Assembly (NCBI GenBank): GCA_951406725.2
Contig: OX597833.1
Coordinates: forward strand, 42,594,001 to 42,658,000
From: Octopus vulgaris
Lineage: Eukaryota
Direction of reading: 5' to 3'
DNA length: 64,000 nucleotides
This document shows positions 13,626-64,000 of this stretch, piece by piece. The notes below the pieces were generated by a model. That model had not been told where the DNA came from and did not search any database. It saw nothing but the letters and a program-made list of their open reading frames with translations. Every line of letters starts with the position of its first letter. Within the stretch, counting starts at the first letter, position 1. Made by a program: the position numbers and the translations under genes.

Positions 13626-15495
13626 TTGTATACTGTATACTCTTTTACTCTTTTACTTGTTTCAGTCATTTGACTGCGGCCATGCTGGAGCACCGCCTTT
13701 AGTCGAGCAAATCGACCCCAGGACTTATTCTTTGTAAGCCCAGTACTTATTCTATCGGTCTCTTTTTGCTGAACCGCTAAGTTACGGGGACGTAGACACA
13801 CCGGCATCGGTTGTCAAGCGATGTTGGGGGAACAAACACAGACACACAAACATATACACACACATACATATATATATATATACATATATGCATATATACG
13901 ACGGGCTTCTTTCAGTTTCCGTCTACCAAATCCACTCAGAAGGCTTTAATCGACCCGAGGCTATAGTAGAATACACTTGCCCAAGGTGCCTCGCAGTGGG
14001 GCTGAACCTGGAATCATGTGGTTGGTAAGCCAGCTACTTACACAGCCACTCCTATACATTTACGCAGTGGTTGGCACAGCTAACCAAAAAGTTAGCTTCG
14101 CTAGCCGTTAATCCGCTAACTATAAGAATTAGCTTCGAAAACATTAAACCACTAAACAGGTAAGCTAATTAGAGGAAGCTAACGCTGAATGGTAACCGCT
14201 AACTTTTATCATATGAATTTTATTTCGGTTAAGCTTCTTGGCTCTAGAACTCCCTAAAAACAGACCTGCTGAAATTTTCATATAGCTTAGACAGAATCCT
14301 TGTCCGGTACCGGATCGATCCCAAAATCTAATCAGTTTGTGCCAGCCAGGAGACCAAACATTCCTGAAAGTTTCATCCGAATCCATCCAGCGGTTCTTGA
14401 GATATCTTTTCCACAGACAAACAATCAAACAAACACGACTGAAAACAGTGTTGAACCAATCTTGATGTTTACGAACAGGAAATCCAAGAACCTCTACAGA
14501 TGCAGAGTGCGTCGCATAACGCAGAGCCTTCCAAGATGATTCTATGTCGTCACTGATATCGTCATTGTTTCTATGTTCCTTTCTGTGGAAGAGCGTAGGC
14601 TCGAAACGTTAAAGATTTTTTCACTTCCCGAGCGTTGTACTAATACATCTGTTTGTTGTCTACACCACCTCTCTTCGTCTTTTGTTTTTTTTTTGTGAAT
14701 TCTCGCTATACACACACACACACACATACATACATATATACAAACATACACGCACACATTGTAATGAAGGAAATATAACAAAGTTAACAATCAATTATGT
14801 ATTCTTTATTCAAACATAAGACCTTGGGAAAGGTTCTTCTTGAAATAAATATTAACTGGATTATCATTGAAAAGAAAAGTTAGTTAGAAACTGTTGATAC
14901 TATCATATCAAGCACATCCTACTACAGTATATATTCCCGCAGATGTTTCCCTATAAAATAGGGTTAACGGACATTCAGAAGAATCATTTCACAGGCGAAA
15001 TGTTTTGCTTACATTTTACAAAGAACATTTGTTGGTAGGGCTTCCACTAGAAACGTGGGGTTGAAGCAATTACTAAGATAAAAGTTGTAAACTTTTAATC
15101 TTATTTTTATTTTCCGTGTCATTTTCACGCCGTCATTTCTGACGACATGGGTATACTAGTTAATAATAATATCTAGTTAATAATGTCTAGTTAATAATAA
15201 TATTTTTACTCGGAGCAGTCTATCTTTTGCAAGGGAGCATCGTAACTATCATCACATCTCCCGTTTTGAGATTTTGACTACTGCGTGAAAGTGCAATTTC
15301 TTTTCTTTTTTTTTCCAGCACCCCTCCCCCCCTCTTTTTTTTATTAGCTTTTGTGTCTTAATTGTTGCCTGAATTTTAAGGTAGTATTGTTCGTTGCACA
15401 CAGCACTTTTTTTTTGTTTTCGTTGTACTAAGCGCTCTTTTTTTTTTTTTTTTTAAAAGTTAATATCTTTTTTGTTTAGGTATTACTTCCAGAAA

Positions 15496-15731
15496 GGCGG
15501 CGAGCTGGCAGAAACGTTAGCACGTCAGGCGAAACGCTTAGCGGTATTTCGTCTGCCGTTACGTTCTGAGTTCAAATTCCGCCGAGGTTGACTTTGCCTT
15601 TCATCCTTTCGGGGTCGATTAAATAAGTACCAGTTACGCACTGGGGTCGATATAATCGACTTAATCCGTTTGTCTGTCCTTGTTTGTCCCCTCTGTGTTT
15701 AGCCCCTTGTGGGCAGTAAAGAAATAGGTAT
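15496..15731 (+). mobile_element. tRNA-derived SINE family B, monomer
   Basis: Head GGCGGCGAGCTGGCAGAA, B box GAGTTCAAATTCC, near-TSD TAGGTATTACTT(C/T)CAGA. Confidence 0.88.
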
Positions 15732-15739
15732 TACTTTCA

Positions 15740-16230
15740 GATATTCAGTCTGTTTTCGTTTTCTGAAGCTAGTTCTACGGGCTCCAATATCTCTCGGTGC
15801 TGGTACATCTCACAGAAGATTTCCATTGGTATTACCCTTAGTTCTTCTGTATGTCTCATCTTTAACTGGTTAAGGAATCCCTTATGTTCCGAACGTTGTC
15901 CTTTAATTGTTACTTTAATGTTACCTAATCTTATGATTACACATCCATCTTCCCAGCAATCTTCTTTACCATTTTTCATTTTGGGGCTTTATAAAAGTAT
16001 TGGTAGGTTTAATTTTATGGTGAGAAAGATGTTGGCTACCCCAGGATTGTGCGTATTGATAAATGGAATCGTGTGTTAATTAAGTTTTTCCTTTGGTTTC
16101 CTTAGTTGTGTGATGCTCAGCTTCATTGCCGTTTTAATTCCATTGTTTATTAATTCTAAGGGGTATTTTCTGTTTTGTTAAGAAGTCTTTGAGCTCATTG
16201 AGACTGATTTGACGTATTTTTGGGTCAATT
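15740..16230 (-). mobile_element. Penelope-like RT C-terminal/linker relic
   Basis: L...L..KYP..LI..GI..A and IPF..T.NP...NI pattern, disrupted. Confidence 0.55.
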
Positions 16231-16759
16231 TTCCCCATCCCACTTCCTAAGATTGATATCTTGAAAGGTCACGTAGCCCATGTGAGAAAATGTGTTTATT
16301 AAAAAATATGTTGATAGGTATACAATAAGTAGCGAAAGAAGAGGAAGAGAAAAAATGAAGAAAAAATGCTTTGTTATGAAATGTAATGTTTTGTAGTGAA
16401 ATGTGGGTTGACCACATTATATTGAAAAGAAACCCCTCTCTTTCACTTTTTCTCTCCCTCCCCTCTCTCTCGCTGTCTATCTATCCTTTCCCTATCCTTT
16501 ACTTTACCTTTTCCCCCTCTTTCTTGATTGTTCTGAAACCTCTCTCTCTCTCTGTCTATTTCCTTCCCCTCTTTGCTTTTCTTTCTCTCATTCGTTCTTT
16601 TTCCCAAAAAAAAAGAGAAAAAAAAATACATCCAGCTCATATAAATGAACAAGAAAGCGTTCTGTCTTTATCATTTTGATTTTGTCTTGACGAGTTTGGT
16701 AAACGAACGAAAGCGCTAATAAAGAATTATCCAAAAGCCTGACTGCCTCCTTTAACTCA

Positions 16760-16797
<38 letters not shown>

Positions 16798-17280
16798 ATA
16801 TATATATATACATATATATACACACACTCATGCATTCCCATGGAATCACTAAAAATATAGAAGGCATGACTAATCTAAGGACCACATAAAGAACATCGAA
16901 ACTTTATTTTCTCTAATGCAACCTTAGGATCTACATCGTTTGTCCAATGTGGAGAGTATACCACCACCATTGCCCAAACGAGCTTAATATCAAATTCAGA
17001 ATATTTAGAAGGCCGTGGTCACGTGCCATATGCCCCACTACACAATTCAGGCTCATAACACGTAAATACACTGCAACACAATTTATTTTCCTCAACAGGC
17101 ACTGCCCTATATATCATTATCCCAAAACAAATCATAGAAGACAAAGATCCCATCAATTTCAAACGATATCGGGACAAATTTCATCAAGGAATACCAGATA
17201 AGCCAACTATATCTGAATACATCCCAGAAAGGTGAAAGCCTCTAGTGTGGGATGATATCATGTAAATTAGTCAAGCAAAA

Positions 17281-18037
17281 ATAATCCTTTCTATTATAGG
17301 CACAAGGCCTGAAATTTTGGAGGAGGAGGCCAGTCGATTAGATCGACCCCAGTACACAACTGGTACTTGATTTATCGACCCTGAAGGGATGAAAGGCAAA
17401 GTCGACCACGGCGGAATTTGAACGCACAACGTAGCGATGGGCAAAATACCTATTTCTTTATTACCCACAAGGGGCTAAACACAGAAGGGACAAACAAGGA
17501 CAGACAAACGGATTAAGTCGATTATATCGACCCCAGTGCGTAACTGGTACTTATTTAATCGACCCTGAAAGGATGAAAGGCAAAGTCGACCTCGGCGGAA
17601 TTTGAACTCACAGCGTAGCGGCAGACGAAATACCTTTTTTCCTTTACTACCCACAAGGGGCTAAACACAGAGAGGACAAACAAGGACAGACACATGGATT
17701 AAGTCGATTACATCGACCCCAGTGCGTAACTGGTACTTAATTTATCGACCCCGAAAGGATGAAAGGTAAAGTCAACCTCGGCGGAATTTGAACTCAGAAC
17801 ATAAAGACAGACGAAATACCTATTTTTTTACTACCCACAAGGGACAAACAAGGACAGACAAAGGGATTAAATCGATTATATCGACCTCAGTGCGTAAGTG
17901 GTACTTATTTAATCGACCCCGAAAGGATAAAAGGCAAAGTCGACCTTGGCGGAATTTGAACTCAGTACGTAACGGCAGAAGAAATACGGCTACACATTTC
18001 GCCCGGCGTGCTAACGCTTCTGCCAGCTCGCCGCCTT
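17281..18037 (-). mobile_element. SINE family B concatemer (one head, about 4 body units)
   Basis: Repeated ~180-bp body behind a single head. Confidence 0.85.
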
Positions 18038-18840
18038 AGCCAGCAAAAATAATGACGCTGTAGCATAACAATTATAAAAAAGAACCGGTTCTGAGATAAA
18101 AGTCAGCCATGAGCTACATTTGAAGATATCTGTGGACACAGCTGTAAAACTGAAAACTATATATATAGCATAATCTACCTCAATTATAAGTAAAGCTACA
18201 ACAGGCAAACTAGAAACTATGTATGTGAACAAATGAGGATAGGCAAGCAGTAAATAACGTTATTCAGAAGCAAGGACATTCCATTTCGAAATTTGAAGTG
18301 ACAGAAAATTATAGATTTTTCTTTCTTACAAATACATTGCTTAAACATGTAGAAATATTTTTTTCAACAATTTTCCTCAAAACTAAACTACTTTGCTTAA
18401 AGGAACAAAATAGCAAACAGAAATAATTTCCATATTTTGAACATTCTTTATGGAATAAAAGAGCTAGATTTATGTATTTCGCTTTTATTTTCTCCCTTCT
18501 TTTCAGGAAAAGTTGAAAAAAGAACCACTTCATTTTGACTAAAATATTTTTACCGGTTTTTATTTGTTTTATTGATTCTGTACATTTTCGAGTATTTTTT
18601 TTATCATTATCGTTATTATTTTACATATGTGTGAATTTTTAATGTTCACGCTGTCATGGAAGAAAATATCTTAAGAGATTCACCGTGAAATTTTAAATTG
18701 CTAAATTTGATTTTAGCTTAGAACAATTTTTCACTCAACACATGGTTTTGTTGATCTGTTAGTGGCGCCAACTCTCTATGATCCCATAACCCTTTCACAC
18801 GAACGTTATGGTGAATACAATATACATATGATAATTCGAA

Positions 18841-18945
18841 TGCGTCACATGGCTTTTCTGTCAGTGTATATTTCGAAAAATGTCACGTGACTGCTTCACC
18901 CTATTCAATACGCATCTTTCTAACTCGCATGCTTCATGTGAGCCG
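18841..18945. promoter_or_regulatory. Candidate E-box cluster (MiT/TFE or USF type)
   Basis: TCACATG (18845), GTCACGTGAC (18882) and TCATGTGA (18934) in non-repetitive DNA 3.5 kb upstream of the ATG exon. Confidence 0.3.
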
Positions 18946-19384
18946 ACTTTTCTCTCCAGAAGAAAATGTACTTGGTTACTTTAACAACCACATAAATTGA
19001 CTCTCAAGCGCTTGTTATAAAGGTATAAGGATGTGAAAAGTTAAGCAGTCTTTTCTTTTTTTTTGTTTTGGGAAAATTCAAAGACTTTTATACACAAGCT
19101 CGAATACGTTTACTCTTATACATACGCATAAACTTATACATAAACGATACCTACACGAATTCTGAATAATGTTTTATTACTATTGATATGTGGAGGCACA
19201 TGGCCTAGTGGTTAGAGCAGCGGACTCGCGGTCGATGAATCGCGGGTTCGAATCTCAGACCTGGCGATGTGTGTGTTTATGAGCGAAACACCTAAGCTCC
19301 ATGCGGCTCCGACAGAAGGTAATGGCGAACTTCCGCTAACTCTTTCTTTTCTTGAAATGTGTTTACATTATTTTGGAGGGACGG

Positions 19385-19441
<57 letters not shown>

Positions 19442-19755
19442 TGTGTGTGTAGGGAGAATTCACGGAAAAAACAAAAGACGAAGACAGGTGGTGTATAAAA
19501 CAAACAGATGTATTAGTATAACGCTCAGGAATTGAAAAAGTCTTTTACGTTTCGAGCCTACGCTCTTCCACAGAAAGGAACACGAAAAGAAACAAGGAGA
19601 GAAAAAATGTGGGTAGTGGCTACCGATCTATCATGGCAGCTGCCAGACAGAAGGGGCACACATGAGAGCGAAGAAGTAGGGGAGATAACAAAGTAACGGT
19701 GATCCCCAAAACGAACGTGCGCGCGCGCGTGTATATATATATATACACACACACA

Positions 19756-21133
<1,378 letters not shown>

Positions 21134-21422
21134 CTTGAAGGGCTTAGGTAGAAATTCACCCACGGTACTAATTTTTAAAGTTTGGTACTTATTCCGTGGA
21201 TGTCTTTTGCTGAACCGCAAAGTTACAGAGACGTAAACGAGCCAACACCGGCTATGAAGTGATGGTGGTGGTGGTGGTGGGACAACCGCAATCACGAAGA
21301 TATATACATATATGCTTACATATACGTGTACACGCATGCGCACACAAACGACGGTCTTCCACAGTATCCGTCAGTCAGATTCACTCCCAAGCCATTAATC
21401 TGCTCTGGGTTATGGCAGGAGA

Positions 21423-21474
<52 letters not shown>

Positions 21475-22005
21475 ACATACATACATATAATTAACTTTTC
21501 CTTTAAATTAAGATCAACAAAAAATTATTCCATCCAGTGAGAGATAAATGTCATATATTATGCACAATATTTGAAATAAGAGTTACTAATAGTTTCTTCT
21601 TATTAGGTAGATTTATATGACTTGCGTTGTGTCTCTAAGCAATATTCAAGCTCAGGACACATGGTTAGTTCTATTTGAAAACCAGAACGCTGGTACATGA
21701 AAAACCACGAATAGGGTAAAATGAGATCAACATCCTTGTTTAACAGCAAGGGAATTGTAATTTCACGACAAATTGTTTCGTAACTTAAAAACATGTAAAT
21801 AATTTATATTATTATAATTAATAATAAATAAATTACTCATGTACCTGTATTAGTGCAAAGTGCAAAAATCCTTCAAAATAATACAGAATTTAAGCTACAC
21901 ATACATACATACATACATACATACATACATACATACATACATACATACATACATACATACATACATACATACGTATATGCATATTTATATATATATAAAA
22001 CAACC

Positions 22006-22168
22006 ACGTGGATTCTGTTGAGACCAGTAAGAAACAATTATGAACTTTTTTATTACACTTAACTTTAAATTTACAGCTATTATGCTTACTCCCCACAAAA
22101 CACCACAACGTGGATTCTATTGAGATCAGTAAGAAACAATTATGAACTTTTTTATTACACTTAACTTT
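22006..22168. repeat. Direct repeat of ~60 bp, 102-bp spacing
   Basis: ACGTGGATTCT.TTGAGA.CAGTAAGAAACAATTATGAAC...AACTTT occurs twice. Confidence 0.8.
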
Positions 22169-22270
22169 TTAAAATATTTTTGATAAGGTTCGTTTTTTCA
22201 AGAAGAACCGAAACATGTAAAATTTCTAAGAAAATTAAAATTTATCTTATATAGTGGCGTTTTCAAACTT

Positions 22271-22323
<53 letters not shown>

Positions 22324-22420
22324 CACATATATGTGTATATAAACGACCCTAGAATTATGTAATTGATAATTATTGCTCTTCATTTTCCCAAGTTCTTCTT
22401 CATTTTCAGAACACCCCAAA

Positions 22421-61470
<39,050 letters not shown>

Positions 61471-61583
61471 GTAAGTAGTTGCCAGATATTGGTCAACCAT
61501 TCTACTATTCATGTTGATAACCATTCACAATCCTGTACTATGTATATCATTAGTCAATCGTTACCACTTCACGTTGTAACATA

Positions 61584-61631
<48 letters not shown>

Positions 61632-62302
61632 ACCTCGTGTGTACCATTGGCGATTTTTTTCCTCTGTCTTCCCTTCTCTGGATCTTTCCTTCTCCTATGT
61701 TTCCGACGAAGAGCTCCGCTCGAAACGTTAAACCCTCTTTCATTCCTTCTTTCCTGAGCGTCCAATAATACTATATTTGTTCCACGTCCGAGGGCATTTA
61801 TACAACCAAATCGGTTAACGGTTATTTTCAATACTTTTCTCGCTGGATTAAGTGTTCGTTTCTCTTTTTGTCTTCTGCAATTTTATTTTGGGATCTTCTA
61901 TATATATGAAGAATTTTCCTCCGTCTGGCTGTTTTTCTCTCTGCAAAACGAAGAGTTGCATTATGGAACTGTCATTTTAACGCCGGATGCTCCTGTACCA
62001 GATGCTGGATGTGTCGAAACAATTGTTGTGATTAATAATATATTCTCGTATATTCCATATTCATTCTTTTATCTTTTATTTGTTATATAAATATTTTTTT
62101 CTCTCCTTTTTCTCTCTCCTTTTTTCTCTTCTGTTTTCTCTTCTAAAGAAGCTGATGCAAATCAGTCTTCTCGCGTTCTTGGTTTTGTGATACTTTGGTC
62201 TGATAGCATAGATTCGAAAACGATAGGTGGTAGTAAACTGTGCTAGCCATCATCCGTCCTCTGAGCTGTTGAAGATTCTAAGTACGGATAGCGATAGTGC
62301 CC

Positions 62303-62410
<108 letters not shown>

Positions 62411-62692
62411 ATAATAATAAAGGGTAAAATTAATTAATTATTTTACCAAGTTGTTCGGTATGTTAAAAGAACCATTATCGGTAAGCTTAAACAAAAATCT
62501 TTATAATTATGAGTATAATTATAATTAAGGTTCAGCAAAAATTTACCTCACCACATTCCGAAATTTAGAAAGAGCAGTTAAAACTAACTATTTCACTACC
62601 ATAAGAAGATTTTCTTATGGTAGTGAACTCTAATTATAATTATACTCATAATTATAAAAATGTATATATATATATATCTGTTTGTCTGTCTG

Positions 62693-62973
<281 letters not shown>

Positions 62974-63194
62974 GAAGCTTTTTGCATTGGAAGCCCATGC
63001 TTTTACGCTTTGATTAGTAAGAAAATGTGTTTTCATTTTCGCAAGTTTATGCAGTATATTTCTTTCGATTTTTTTATGAGGGATTATATCCAGTTGTCTC
63101 AATATTATAATAATATAATAATGAAATTATTGTATACAGTGCTCAGGTGCACCACAACTTGTCAGAAAGTGCATATAAATTACATGCAGTAATG

Positions 63195-63505
63195 TAGAAA
63201 TGTCTGGAAAGCGAACAATGTATGAGTCAGATACATGCATGTGTGTGTATGGAGGGGAGAAGATCAAGTGTAGTGTTGGCGAATCTCAGGAAGCATGGAA
63301 GTTTTGAAGGATGCAGTGCTCCGACAACTAACAACTGATGCCGGCAGTTTGTTCCATGCTTCAGCAACTCTCAGCGTGAAAAAATGTTTCCTGAAGTCAT
63401 GGGAGCTGTGCTGTTTTCTTACTTTGTAAATATGTCCACGGGTGTTAGATGGGTGGAGTTTGAAGAGGTGCTCAGAGTTATTGTTTGTGCGATGGTTGAT
63501 AATTT
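63195..63505 (-). mobile_element. L2/CR1-like LINE 3' end
   Basis: H.YKV.K......FRKHFF.LRV..AWNKLP.SVV C-terminal motif plus tail. Confidence 0.65.
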
Positions 63506-64000
63506 TACTTAACAGGTTTCACTATTTAGTCTTTCAAAATTCGCTGATATATTACTGAACACGGTTCTTTTAGCACTGGCCTATCACCTAATATATTTTT
63601 TCAGTGGAGCTGCTCGCTCGAGTGTAGTTCGGGTAAATGTAATCAATTATCCCGTTCTTTTGTATTTCTCTCTCTTTTCTGTAAGGTCCTCCTTAACGTT
63701 AACTGGGTAATCTGTTGCAGTGTGTTTTTATTCTGTTTGTAGGGTTGAAGGTGTGTTTTTATTGTGGCTGTATATTTGATTTTATGCCCCTTTGAGGCTC
63801 TCAATGGTCTCCATCACCATTTTTGAGTTTTTCTTTTTATACTTGTTTCTTTTGTTTTTAACTTGCTGTAATACCTCTCTTCTTGTATAGTGTATTCTGC
63901 ACAATTTTGCTATGTGCTAAGGCGCATTTATTATATGTACTGGTATTTTTGCTGCTGTTGTGTTGCCAGAGTATTATGAATTATGTACACGGTGGATTCT

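Noticed and set aside
17281-18037. CRISPR-like or satellite array
   Set aside because: The units are SINE bodies without unique spacers, in a eukaryotic context.
19191-19265. tRNA gene (also the heads at ~3750, ~25560 and ~58602)
   Set aside because: tRNA-like SINE heads that continue into shared SINE bodies; cloverleaf imperfect.

Overview
Eukaryotic, AT-rich, microsatellite- and retroposon-dense DNA. The repeat families look like those of octopus (coleoid cephalopod); this is an inference. Almost every entry in the ORF track is a microsatellite or transposon artefact. The real gene is a + strand, intron-rich gene that I assembled by hand from 18 small GT-AG exons (22421..61470, 2125 nt, about 708 aa, no stop, continuing beyond the window). 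It encodes a signal peptide, five cadherin (EC) repeats that each carry a Cys pair, and then an immunoglobulin-like domain on a single phase 1-1 exon, an unusual cadherin-Ig hybrid. Introns and upstream DNA hold several tRNA-derived SINE families (some internally concatemerised), Tc1/mariner relics and MITEs, Helitron-like elements, fragments of R4/Dong-, HERO-, RTE-, L2/CR1- and Penelope-like retroelements, and a U6 snRNA retrocopy fused to a retroposon 3' tail. There are also many hammerhead-ribozyme-like motifs, including a cluster in intron 4.
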